From positions 1,124 to 65,123 of the forward strand of contig MGJB01000012.1 of NCBI GenBank assembly GCA_001794055.1: a stretch of DNA of 64,000 nucleotides, given 5' to 3'. A program made the position numbers and the translations under genes. The DNA comes from Candidatus Yanofskybacteria bacterium RIFCSPHIGHO2_01_FULL_41_26. GTDB lineage: Bacteria > Patescibacteriota > Minisyncoccia > 2-02-FULL-40-12 > GWA2-44-9. Under the pieces are notes generated by a model. It had not been told where the DNA came from, made no database searches, and saw only the letters and a program-made list of their open reading frames with translations. Shown piece by piece: positions 32,033 to 41,027 of the stretch (positions within the stretch are counted from its first letter, which is position 1; each line of letters begins with the position of its first letter).

Positions 32033-33029
32033 GTTTCGCCTTATCACATTCGCCAATCACAATCTTTCTCAATTTATAAGCATTACCGTGAGACAAAAGA
32101 CCTCGATAAGAATTTATTGTTTCTGGTTTTGAACTTTCTTTAATTCTTTTAAACATTCTTCTTTTGGTAGCCGTCCTCAAAACCCTATGATCCAGAAAAT
32201 GCACCCAACCCAGAAAATCCACTCCCGAAGAAAGAGTTTTGATGAATACTTTGTCGGGATGAATATTGAGCTTCAAATGTTCTGAAAGAAAATCCGCTAT
32301 TTTGGGCAATAATTCCTCAAGCCATAATTTATCCTGTGACATAATCACAAAATCATCAGCATAACGGATATAGTATCTCGCCTTGAGTTTGTGTTTAATA
32401 AATTGATCAAATTTATTCATATAAATATTCACGAACAGTTGAGAAGTTAAATTGCCCAATGGCAGTCCTGTTCCGACTCTTACTGAAAAACTATCTATAA
32501 TAACCCAGAGAAGGAACAAGATTTTTTCATCCGATATATAACTTTTTAAGACTGCTTTCAAAGTATCGTGGTTCACGGATGCAAAGAACTTACGAATATC
32601 ACACTTCAAAACCCAAATCGTCTTTTTGTTATTCTCTGAAATTTTATAAAAAAACTTACGAAATTTATCCATTGCCTTGTAGGTGGCTTTGTCATACCGG
32701 CAGGAATATGAGTCAGAAATAAATGTCCTATCAAAAAATGGGTACAAAAACCTGTATAGTGCCCTGTGAAGAACCCTGTCTCGAACAGAGGCCTTGTGTA
32801 TATTTCTCGGTTTTGGGTCTGATATTTTAAAAGCTTCATAGCCATAATGTCGACATGACATCACAACTAAATCATTATGAAGATTCATAATATTAGCCAT
32901 CAGATCCCGCTCAAATTCCTGGACATCTTTGCGTTTTTTCTTGCCTATGATAAACTCCTTCCACGCCTCAAGCAGATTATCAATACTAACTATATCGTTA
33001 TATTTATGAGTGAATTTAATTCTAGACAT
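32025..33029 (-). CDS. Diversity-generating retroelement reverse transcriptase
   Basis: RT motifs: LGNLTSQLFVNIYM (DGR-type I/LGxxxSQ motif 4 in place of group-II QGxxxSP), YADDFVIM (YxDD), 334 aa. Confidence 0.85.
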   Translation of the reverse strand: MSRIKFTHKYNDIVSIDNLLEAWKEFIIGKKKRKDVQEFERDLMANIMNLHNDLVVMSCRHYGYEAFKISDPKPRNIHKASVRDRVLHRALYRFLYPFFDRTFISDSYSCRYDKATYKAMDKFRKFFYKISENNKKTIWVLKCDIRKFFASVNHDTLKAVLKSYISDEKILFLLWVIIDSFSVRVGTGLPLGNLTSQLFVNIYMNKFDQFIKHKLKARYYIRYADDFVIMSQDKLWLEELLPKIADFLSEHLKLNIHPDKVFIKTLSSGVDFLGWVHFLDHRVLRTATKRRMFKRIKESSKPETINSYRGLLSHGNAYKLRKIVIGECDKAKPT

Positions 33030-33087
33030 AATCCTTTAAGCCCCCCCCCGGCTTTTACCGGTACTTCAAAAAGTTAAAGCCGCTTAT

Positions 33088-33429
33088 TTGATTTGGTTTA
33101 AATTTTATCAGATCATACCGAAAGCCCATAGACACACGCTTGGCCAACAGATAGACACGCTTTGGATAGAATTGATAAAGACATTGGCCACGGCGACATT
33201 TCTTCAAAGGCAGGAAAAACTGCCCTATGTCCGTTTGGCTATCCAGAAAGTTGATACGCTAAAAGTGCTTTTGATGATTCTTTGGGAAGCCGGCTCGCTT
33301 CAAAACGAACAATACATTTCTCTTTCAATACCCATCGAAGAGATCGGTAAAAATCTCGGCGGTTGGAGTGGCCAGCTTGAAAAACAAAACTCCCCCACCT
33401 CGCCAAACGGCAAAGCGGGGAAGAAATAA
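33088..33429 (+). CDS. avd: Avd-like accessory (four-helix-bundle) protein of DGR
   Basis: 113 aa, TTG start. IPKAHRHTLGQQI...LAIQKVDTLKVLLMILWEAG...EEIGKNLGGW...GKAGKK resembles the Avd / TIGR02436 four-helix-bundle family. Divergent from the RT. Confidence 0.65.
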   Translation: MIWFKFYQIIPKAHRHTLGQQIDTLWIELIKTLATATFLQRQEKLPYVRLAIQKVDTLKVLLMILWEAGSLQNEQYISLSIPIEEIGKNLGGWSGQLEKQNSPTSPNGKAGKK

Positions 33430-33554
33430 AGATGGTTGCGAGCACGGCCGAGGGGTTGTTGGCGTTACGATCGTTGTCGAGCCAGTTGTAGTTCCAGTTC
33501 CACGAACCGTCGTTGTTGAAGTAGAGGTAAAGCATGTAACGATTGCCGTTCGGG
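33426..33554 (-). repeat. DGR template repeat (TR)
   Basis: 129 bp aligned to VR1 (33915-34043). All 24 mismatches fall on TR adenines of the minus strand. TR frame is Asn(AAY)-rich: SPNGNRYMLYLYFNNDGSWNWNYNWLDNDRNANNPSAV. Confidence 0.8.
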
Positions 33555-33699
33555 CTGCGCAGTATTGTATAGCATGCCTTCATGGTCATCACTGCCCATC
33601 GAGTACTCTCCGGGCTGTATCGCATTCGGTATCATAATACCATAGCATCCCATACCAAGTATCTTCATTTTTTGAAGTTTCTGCATGCACCACACTATT

Positions 33700-33790
33700 T
33701 CAAACGCATGGTCGAAAATATTCTGGATGCATGGATACTGGCTTCGGTAGCGGAAAACACATGGTCGCCCGCATATTCACCTATCGCCGA
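33700..33790 (-). repeat. Conserved ~85-nt element, copy 1 (between VR1 terminator and TR)
   Basis: Minus strand GGCGATAGGTGAATATGCGGG...TTTTCCGCTACCGAAGCCAGTATCCATGCATCCAGA. A near-copy lies at 40795-40880 downstream of the second target. Confidence 0.45.
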
Positions 33791-33814
33791 AAACATATTA
33801 ACACAACGTATTTA

Positions 33815-33861
33815 AATAAAAAACAAATCCTGTCGGGAGACACAGCGTCTCCCGACAGGAT
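33815..33861 (-). terminator. Perfect 15-bp hairpin plus U-tract downstream of VR1
   Basis: atcctgtcgggagac-acagc-gtctcccgacaggat (33827-33861), followed on the minus strand by UUGUUUUUUAUUU, ~50 nt after the target stop. Confidence 0.55.
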
Positions 33862-33903
33862 AAGGGCTAAGTTACAAAGGGCTAGAGCTAACACCCTAAG
33901 AAC

Positions 33904-34584
33904 TTAGTTCTGACTTGCGAGCACGGCCGAGGGGTCGCCGGCGCTACGACCGCGGCCGAGCCAGTCGCAGCCCCAGCCCCACGAACCGCCGCCGTCGAAG
34001 CAGAGGCAAAGCACGCAACGATCGCCGTCCGGGCTGCGCAGTACGACGCCGTCGAAGAAAATGAACTGGATGTCGCCATTCACTCTCTCCTTGAAGCGCG
34101 CCGGGAGTTGTTCGCGGTTCTCCCAGAACGCCTTGAAGGCGTTCTCATCCAGACGGATGCGGCCGTCGGACTTGAGACGCTTGACACGTACCTCGCCGGT
34201 CATGACTGACTCGCCTCGCTTGAGACAAGTGACGAGTTGGACTTTGTCGAGGCCTAACTCGGCCAGCGCGGCCGAACGGAGGTCTCTCTCCTCCTCGCCC
34301 TCCAGACCGTCACCGCTGGCCGGTCCGCGCCATACGCTCCAACCGGCGCCGATGAATGTGGCGGGGTTGAACAGCTTGGAACGGTCAATCGGGATGACGT
34401 GAGGTTTGGCAGAAACGTCGACAGCGATCGGTTTGACCACCGCTCCGCCCCGAAGAATTGTCAGCAACCCCCTGACCAGAGCATTGTTTTCGGCGAAGTT
34501 GTTCAGCTCCGCCGGAGTTCCACCCTCTGCGTCCCATGTAGCACACACCCTGTCCGCGAGCCCAACGCTAAATTCTGACTTCAT
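33904..34584 (-). CDS. DGR target protein 1 (variable repeat VR1 at C-terminus, 33915-34043)
   Basis: 226 aa, GC-rich. C-terminal VLRSPDGDRCVLCLCFDGGGSWGWGCDWLGRGRSAGDPSAVLASQN is encoded by VR1. Start codon uncertain (SD spacing poor). Confidence 0.75.
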   Translation of the reverse strand: MKSEFSVGLADRVCATWDAEGGTPAELNNFAENNALVRGLLTILRGGAVVKPIAVDVSAKPHVIPIDRSKLFNPATFIGAGWSVWRGPASGDGLEGEEERDLRSAALAELGLDKVQLVTCLKRGESVMTGEVRVKRLKSDGRIRLDENAFKAFWENREQLPARFKERVNGDIQFIFFDGVVLRSPDGDRCVLCLCFDGGGSWGWGCDWLGRGRSAGDPSAVLASQN

Positions 34585-34901
34585 GACTCCTCCTTGCGAC
34601 TATCGGATCAAGGTCCGACCTGGTCGCCCACGCGCTTGACCACCGGAATTGGCAGTCATAGCGAAAAATCGTCTATCCGTTCTTAAATAAACCTTTTTTC
34701 GCTATGACCGCTCTCGCAAATAAGTATTTAAGGTACTTCCTAACTATACCTATAATTATAAGCCTTTTCAGCCACAAAGTCAATACCTCGTAATGGTTCA
34801 ATGGCTTGGAATCACTAAGGGTGTAATAGAGGCTACCTACCAGCAGGCAGGTGTCACCGGTTGAATTTTAATCCTTTTGGTGCTATCGTTATAACTACGC
34901 T

Positions 34902-35249
34902 ATGATTGGTTTTGTAATCAGAATATTGGGCAATTCATTGGCTCTATATGTGGCTTATTGGCTTGTTCCCGGCTTTATCGTAAGCGGAAGCTGGAAAGAG
35001 TATTTATTGGCCGGAGCGTTTCTGGGGTTGCTTAACCTTATCGTCAAACCAATCCTGAAAGCGATATCCATGCCGATAATAATCCTGACTCTCGGACTTT
35101 TCATTTTGGTCATCAACGGGTTGCTTTTATGGACAGTTGATTATATATTTGACTTCGTGTCCATCAAAGACGTAACCGCGCTTTTATACGCCGTCATAGT
35201 GGTTGCGATAGTCAATCTGATTATATCAATGACCGCAAAGGCGGTTTAA
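34902..35249 (+). CDS. Phage-holin-family / DUF360 small membrane protein
   Basis: 115 aa, 4 predicted TM helices. LALYVAYWLVPGF...AGAFLGLLNLIVKPIL resembles the PF04020 putative holin family. Confidence 0.55.
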   Translation: MIGFVIRILGNSLALYVAYWLVPGFIVSGSWKEYLLAGAFLGLLNLIVKPILKAISMPIIILTLGLFILVINGLLLWTVDYIFDFVSIKDVTALLYAVIVVAIVNLIISMTAKAV

Positions 35250-35256
35250 CTAAAAA

Positions 35257-35481
35257 ATGAATACCATACAAATATTAACTTATGCTCAGATTGGATTATC
35301 TTTGTTGCTTATTGCATCTGTTTTGCTGCAACAGCGCGGAACAGGGCTATCTTCAACTTTCGGGGGCGGCTCTTTGGAATACAGTACCAAAAGAGGCGCA
35401 GAGAAAATAATTTTTTGGACTACAATAGTTTTAGCCGTCCTATTTCTGGCTGTATCCGTCGCCAGAGTCTTTTTTGCTTAA
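35257..35481 (+). CDS. secG: Preprotein translocase subunit SecG
   Basis: 74 aa, two TM helices. LLQQRGTGLSSTFGGGS is the SecG signature (Gly-rich loop). Confidence 0.8.
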   Translation: MNTIQILTYAQIGLSLLLIASVLLQQRGTGLSSTFGGGSLEYSTKRGAEKIIFWTTIVLAVLFLAVSVARVFFA

Positions 35482-35657
35482 CTAATAGTTTAGAGCGCAG
35501 CGCGTTTGGACAGATTCGAGGCAAAAGATGAGTATCGGACGAGCCATACTGAAGTATGGTGAGGACGAAACGGAATCTTTTAACGAAGAAGCTGGCTAAA
35601 CCCTTTAGGGCTCGTGCCAACCAAAGCTTTGGTTGGAGAGCGCGCAAGTTATAATAT

Positions 35658-37496
35658 ATGTTCAAAGACAATAATCAACTCGATGATTTCTTCGGTTTAA
35701 AACCGGGCAACCTGCCAGCTGATGGAAAAAACCGATCTGTCGATCGGCGAAAAGAAAGCATTAAAGAAACAATCTTAAACAAAATTAGTATTGCTAAAAT
35801 AAGACTACTGCCAAAGGTTCTTTCTCCAAAAGAAAGATACCTGACCCTGGTTTTTTTGCTTATATTTGTCGGATCTTTAATCTCGCTGCCGCTCACAATT
35901 TTTTACCACTACACCAAAGTTGCGCCCGATTACGGCGGATCTTTCGTTGAGGGAATAGTCGGCGAACCTCATTACATAAACCCCCTCCTCTCTCAAAACA
36001 ATGATGTTGATCGAGATTTAGTGAGCTTAATTTATTCCGGATTAATGAAATACAACGATGAAGGAAAGCTCGTTCCCGACCTTGCTAAGTCTTATGAAAT
36101 ATCCAGCGACGGCTTGAATTACACCATATACCTAAAAGAAAATGCGAAGTGGCAAGACGGCACTTTGGTAACTGCTGACGATGTTGTGTTCACTGTTCAA
36201 ACAGCTCAAAACCCCGATTACGGAAGTTTGCAAAGAATAAATTGGCAGGGTGTAGATGCTGAGGTGGTAGATAATCATACGGTAATACTGAAATTAAAAA
36301 ATAAATACGCCCAATTTCTCAACAATCTAACTCTTAACATTCTGCCGCGGCACATTTGGCAAGATGTTAAACCTGTAAACTTTGCTCTTTCTGATTTTAA
36401 TCTAAAACCAATCGGCTCCGGTCCATATAAATTTAAAAAACTCAAAAAAAATTCTACCAGCAGAATAAAATCATACGAACTTGAATCAAATAAAAGTTTC
36501 TATGACGGCCGGCCATATATCAACAAAATCGAGCTCAAATTTTATGACTCAGAAGACGAAATGTTAAATGAATACAACAAGAATAGCATGGAAAACATGG
36601 CCTTTGTTTCAGCCAACAACCTCAAAAAGGTCAAGTTTAAAAAACGACTCAACATAGAAGAACTTAAACTTCCGAGATATTTCGGAATATTTTTCAATCA
36701 GAATGAGGCCAAAATACTTTCCGATAAAAACATCCGGTTGGCCTTAAGCTATGGCACAGACAAAAAAGATCTGATAAACAAAATACTTGACGGAAAAGGC
36801 GTAGAAACAAACTCACCAATAATAGGGGATGTTTTGGGCATTACCGGTGATATAAAAACATATGATTATAACGTAGATAAGGCCAAGAAATTTCTTGCCG
36901 ACTCTGGTTGGGGCAATCCTGACGACAAAGGAATTTTAAGCAAAACAGAAAAAGCCAAATCCAAAAAAGACACGCCCGCAAGTGAAAAATTGACTCTACA
37001 TTTAACTACCCCCACATGGTCTGAACTTGCAAATGTTGCCAATTTATTAAAGGAACAGTGGGCTAAGATTGGAGTAGAATTGATTGTTGAAACATTACCG
37101 ACACAAAACCTTCAGCGGGCAATAAAAGAAAGGAGCTACCAGATGCTTCTTTTTGGGGAAATTTTGAACATAGATCCCGACCCATTTAGCTTGTGGCACT
37201 CTTCCCAAAAGCGCGACCCAGGGTTGAATTTGGCTCTTTACAACAACAAGTCTGTCGATGACCTCCTGGAAAAAGCCCGACAAACACTGAACCCCCTGGA
37301 ACGAATGAAACAGTATCAAGACTTACAAAAATTAATAATTGAAGATGCTCCGGTTGTGTTTTTATATAATCCTTTGTACCTCTACGCCCAAACTCATAAC
37401 ATTAAAGGATTCAATAACAAGATAATCTCCATGCCTTCGGACAGATTTTCCAATGTAGAGAAGTGGTACATAAATACCAAAAGAATCTTCAGATAA
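35658..37496 (+). CDS. ABC transporter substrate-binding protein, family 5 (oligopeptide/nickel type), membrane-anchored
   Basis: 612 aa. N-terminal TM anchor. LVPDLAKSYEISSDGLNYTIYLKENAKWQDGTLVTADDVVFT is a typical SBP_bac_5 block. Confidence 0.75.
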   Translation: MFKDNNQLDDFFGLKPGNLPADGKNRSVDRRKESIKETILNKISIAKIRLLPKVLSPKERYLTLVFLLIFVGSLISLPLTIFYHYTKVAPDYGGSFVEGIVGEPHYINPLLSQNNDVDRDLVSLIYSGLMKYNDEGKLVPDLAKSYEISSDGLNYTIYLKENAKWQDGTLVTADDVVFTVQTAQNPDYGSLQRINWQGVDAEVVDNHTVILKLKNKYAQFLNNLTLNILPRHIWQDVKPVNFALSDFNLKPIGSGPYKFKKLKKNSTSRIKSYELESNKSFYDGRPYINKIELKFYDSEDEMLNEYNKNSMENMAFVSANNLKKVKFKKRLNIEELKLPRYFGIFFNQNEAKILSDKNIRLALSYGTDKKDLINKILDGKGVETNSPIIGDVLGITGDIKTYDYNVDKAKKFLADSGWGNPDDKGILSKTEKAKSKKDTPASEKLTLHLTTPTWSELANVANLLKEQWAKIGVELIVETLPTQNLQRAIKERSYQMLLFGEILNIDPDPFSLWHSSQKRDPGLNLALYNNKSVDDLLEKARQTLNPLERMKQYQDLQKLIIEDAPVVFLYNPLYLYAQTHNIKGFNNKIISMPSDRFSNVEKWYINTKRIFR

Positions 37497-37504
37497 CCGC
37501 CCCC

Positions 37505-37533
37505 TTGCATTATTTATAAACTTAGTGTATACT
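37505..37533 (+). promoter_or_regulatory. Sigma70-like promoter TTGCAT-17-TATACT upstream of tRNA-Leu
   Basis: Same hexamers and spacing as the cold-shock promoter. tRNA begins ~70 nt downstream. Confidence 0.35.
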
Positions 37534-37605
37534 TATGATAACGTTAAGTTTCTCATGTCTTATTAAAACCTCGATATCAAATAAGTAGTTCTTTTTTGTC
37601 CATTT

Positions 37606-37689
37606 GGGCGAGTGATGAAACTGGCAGACATGTAGCGTTCAGAGCGCTATGAGCGAAAGCTCGTGGGAGTTCAAATCTCCCCTCGCCCA
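37606..37689 (+). tRNA. tRNA-Leu (anticodon CAG)
   Basis: Acceptor GGGCGAG/CUCGCCC, anticodon arm UAGCG-UUCAGAG-CGCUA, long variable arm UGAGCGAAAGCUCG, T-arm GGGAG-UUCAAAU-CUCCC, discriminator A. CCA not encoded. Confidence 0.85.
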
Positions 37690-37784
37690 CAAACTAAACC
37701 TCTTATTAATCACGAAGCATTAGGCGTGAAGCGTAATTAATTTATCTACGATTCAAGTTTTAAGTTTCAGGATTTAAGTCAGTA

Positions 37785-39575
37785 ATGATGAGTCCAAAAA
37801 GTCCTAGACAGCCGTCAGTCAAACGACGCTGGATGAAACCGGTCGTCAGACAGATAAGGGTTTTCAAAAGCGAAAAAGATATTCTGCATAAACCAACCGA
37901 AAACAAAGTCGGCGGTCTTAAAATTATCCATTTCGGCGGATTAGGCGAAGTGGGACGGAACATGTCAGCAGTTCAATATGACAATGAAATAATATTAATT
38001 GATGCCGGTGTAAGATTTCCGAGAGAAGACATGCCGGGAATAGACTTCATAATTCCCAATGCCGGTTACTTGGACGACAAAAAACATATGGTTAAGGCCA
38101 TGTTTTTTACCCATGGCCACATGGACCACATCGGGGCCTTGCCGTTCATAAGAGATAGGATCGGCGATCCTGATATTTATGCCGCCCCATTGACCAAAGC
38201 CATTCTCATCAAAAGACAGGATGATTTTAAATTTCAAAAGCCACTGGAAATCAATGAAATAAAGGCCGGAGACGAAATAAAAATAAGCGATAAACTAACC
38301 GTTAAAGTTCTCCGCATCAACCACTCCATTCCTGACGACCTTGAAATAGTTATTAAAACTCCGATAGGCAGTGTTGTCCACACTTCTGATTTTAAATTTG
38401 ACAACACTCCGGTCAATGATCTGCCCGCCGATATTGATGAAATGAAAAAGCTCGGCGAGGAAGGGGTTTTAGTTTTGATGTCGGATTCTACCGGCGCCGA
38501 GAAAGAAGGCCACTCACTATCGGAACAGCAGGTCACGGCCAGTCTTGAAAAACTTTTCAGCGAGGCAACAGGAATGATTATCCTTGGAACTTTCGCTTCT
38601 CTGATAAACCGCATCCAGCAAATTATCACCATCTCAGAAAAATTCGGCAAAAAAGTCGTCTTCGACGGATATTCAATGAAAACAAATGTCGAAATCTGTA
38701 AAAAACTTGGCTATCTGAAAATTAAAAAGGGTACCCAGATTAGTATGGAAGAAGTTAACAGCTATCCTAAAGAAAAAGTTGTCGCCTGCGTTACTGGAGC
38801 CCAAGGAGAAGGAAATGCCGTTCTGATGAGAATCGCCAACGGCGAACACCGCCACCTAAGAACAACCAAAAACGATACTTATATTTTCTCATCTTCGGTT
38901 ATTCCTGGAAATGAAGTTGATGTTCAATTTTTAAAAGACCAGCTTTATAGGAACGGGGCAAAAGTTTTCAATTATTACATGCTTGATGTCCATACTGGCG
39001 GACATGGACAAAAAGAGGATTTAAGAGAAATGATAAAATTGCTTAAGCCTAAATTCATGTTCCCTATCCATGGCCAATATTCAATGATGGTCAATCACGG
39101 TTTAATGGCCCAAGAGGAAAACATTCCCGAAGCAAACATAATAATTGCCGACAACGGAACGGTAGTTAACATAGAAAAAGAAAAATGGTGGTTTGATAAA
39201 ATGCGTGCTCCTTCTGATTATGTTTTTGTTGACGGACTCGGTATCGGCGATATTGGCAATGTTGTGCTTCGTGATCGTCAGGTTTTATCCGAAGATGGAA
39301 TGTTTGTAATTGTCGTCCTAATTCATTCCAAAACCGGCACCGTACGAGGCAGTCCGGATATTATTTCCCGTGGATTCATCTACCTTAAGGAAAATAAAGA
39401 GCTTTTATCTCAAGTCCGAAAACGGATTAAATTCATCGTTGAGGGCAAAGGCGCTCATCAACAGCCGAATCTGCCATTCCTCAAAGACGCCATCCGAAAT
39501 CAAATCGGCCTCTTTCTCTTTCAAAAAACCGAACGAAGACCAATGATACTACCAGTCTTGATTGAAGTTGATTAA
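37785..39575 (+). CDS. rnj: Ribonuclease J (metallo-beta-lactamase/beta-CASP)
   Basis: IIHFGGLGEVGRNMSAV, FFTHGHMDHIGALP (HxHxDH), beta-CASP region, 596 aa. Confidence 0.88.
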   Translation: MMSPKSPRQPSVKRRWMKPVVRQIRVFKSEKDILHKPTENKVGGLKIIHFGGLGEVGRNMSAVQYDNEIILIDAGVRFPREDMPGIDFIIPNAGYLDDKKHMVKAMFFTHGHMDHIGALPFIRDRIGDPDIYAAPLTKAILIKRQDDFKFQKPLEINEIKAGDEIKISDKLTVKVLRINHSIPDDLEIVIKTPIGSVVHTSDFKFDNTPVNDLPADIDEMKKLGEEGVLVLMSDSTGAEKEGHSLSEQQVTASLEKLFSEATGMIILGTFASLINRIQQIITISEKFGKKVVFDGYSMKTNVEICKKLGYLKIKKGTQISMEEVNSYPKEKVVACVTGAQGEGNAVLMRIANGEHRHLRTTKNDTYIFSSSVIPGNEVDVQFLKDQLYRNGAKVFNYYMLDVHTGGHGQKEDLREMIKLLKPKFMFPIHGQYSMMVNHGLMAQEENIPEANIIIADNGTVVNIEKEKWWFDKMRAPSDYVFVDGLGIGDIGNVVLRDRQVLSEDGMFVIVVLIHSKTGTVRGSPDIISRGFIYLKENKELLSQVRKRIKFIVEGKGAHQQPNLPFLKDAIRNQIGLFLFQKTERRPMILPVLIEVD

Positions 39576-39653
39576 AAAATAGCTCACACAACATCTATGC
39601 ATAAGGATGCAGATCAACTGGAATAGTTATTAAATTTAAGTTAATCTATAACT

Positions 39654-40655
39654 ATGATCAAAGTATTTTCTGGCATACGCCCAAGTGGAAAGTTGCATCT
39701 GGGCAACTACCTCGGGGCAATAAAGAATTGGGTGGAACTGCAAAATGAAGCCGATCAGGTAATTTTTATGATTGCTGATTATCACGCAATCACTACACCT
39801 TACGACCCCAAAACATACCAACAACAAATAATGGATGTTGTTTTGGATTATCTTGCTGCCGGAGTTAATCCCGACAAGGCCTTGCTTATTCGTCAATCCA
39901 AAGTTCCTCAGCACACGGAACTTGCCTGGATTTTCAATACTATTTCTCCAATCGGATGGTTAGACAGATTACCAACATATAAAGAAAAGCAAGACCAAAT
40001 AGAAGAATCTGCCAACCCAAAAGCGGCCAGTTGGAAAAACAATATGGGCATTTTGGACTACCCAGTTTTGATGGCAGCTGACATTTTAATTTACAAATCA
40101 AACTTAATTCCTGTCGGCAATGAGCAACTGAAACACCTGGACGTCACTAACGAAATAGCTAAAAAATTTAACTACCTTTTTGGTGAAATATTTGAGTCAA
40201 CCAAACCGCATCTCACAGAAGGAGCACACATATTATCCCTCCAAGATCCAAAAAGGAAAATGTCCAAAACAGGAGATGAGGGAATTGCTCTTTCGGACTC
40301 GCCAGACGAAATAATAAAAAAAATTAAAAAAGCCGTCACCGATTCCAGTAAAGAAATAATATTCAATACTGACTCAAAACCGGCCGTTTCAAACTTGATC
40401 ACCATCTATCACCTGCTCTCCGGCCAAAAAATCAAAAAAATCGAAGAAATGTATGAGGGCAAATCTTATGTTGAATTCAAATCCGATTTAGCCGAAGTAG
40501 TTGTAGAATTTCTAAAACCTTTCCAGGAAAAATACCAAGAGCTTCAAAAAACCCCCGACTACACAACGTCTGTTTTGACAAAGTCGGAAGAAAAAGCTAA
40601 AGTCTTGGCCAATTCTACGCTAAAAGAAGTCAAAGAAAAGATGGGGTTGGAATGA
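39654..40655 (+). CDS. trpS: Tryptophan--tRNA ligase
   Basis: FSGIRPSGKLHLGNYLGA (HIGH-class motif), KMSKTGDEG (KMSKS), 333 aa. Confidence 0.92.
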   Translation: MIKVFSGIRPSGKLHLGNYLGAIKNWVELQNEADQVIFMIADYHAITTPYDPKTYQQQIMDVVLDYLAAGVNPDKALLIRQSKVPQHTELAWIFNTISPIGWLDRLPTYKEKQDQIEESANPKAASWKNNMGILDYPVLMAADILIYKSNLIPVGNEQLKHLDVTNEIAKKFNYLFGEIFESTKPHLTEGAHILSLQDPKRKMSKTGDEGIALSDSPDEIIKKIKKAVTDSSKEIIFNTDSKPAVSNLITIYHLLSGQKIKKIEEMYEGKSYVEFKSDLAEVVVEFLKPFQEKYQELQKTPDYTTSVLTKSEEKAKVLANSTLKEVKEKMGLE

Positions 40656-40794
40656 TAGATTGGCGAACAGTAAAAAGAAAAAATTTTATTAAAACCTACC
40701 CGTAAACCCGGAGAGACCGTTTTATTTCGATTAGAAGCGCTGTATATACCAAGTTTCTTTTGTTTTTGAGTTTCACATATACCACGCTATCCCA

Positions 40795-40880
40795 AACCGT
40801 AGTCAGAGATACTCTGGGTTATATGGATACTGGGGTTCGGTAGCGGGAAACCTTAATCTCCCACATATTCACCTATAGCC
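40795..40880 (-). repeat. Conserved ~85-nt element, copy 2 (downstream of DGR-target paralogue)
   Basis: Minus strand GGCTATAGGTGAATATGTGGG...TTTCCCGCTACCGAACCCCAGTATCCATATAACCCAGA. Shares two identical blocks of 10-11 and ~13 nt with copy 1, separated by a diverged spacer. Confidence 0.45.
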
Positions 40881-40900
40881 TATTTTATAGTTTATCAGAA

Positions 40901-40925
40901 ATTGAAAAGACCCGCACGATGCGGG
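40901..40925 (-). terminator. Intrinsic terminator downstream of target-2 gene
   Basis: Minus strand GGCCCGCAUCGUGCGGGUCUUUUCAAUUUC: hairpin plus U-tract. Confidence 0.45.
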
Positions 40926-41027
40926 CCTTGAAGATGTACGCACACCTTCGAAGCTTTGCGGCGAAACGCCGCTCCAAGGACCAAGGGTCCAAGGTCAAAT
41001 GCTGACCAAGGAGCCAAGTTCCAAGGA

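Noticed and set aside
33239-33695. ORFs 33239-33625 (-), 33368-33637 (+), 33465-33695 (-) and 34061-34639 (+) overlapping the TR and target 1
   Set aside because: The 128-aa minus ORF is simply the TR read in the VR frame (Asn-rich) and runs antisense through avd. The others are antisense or out-of-frame ORFs in GC-rich DNA. The TR is non-coding in DGRs.
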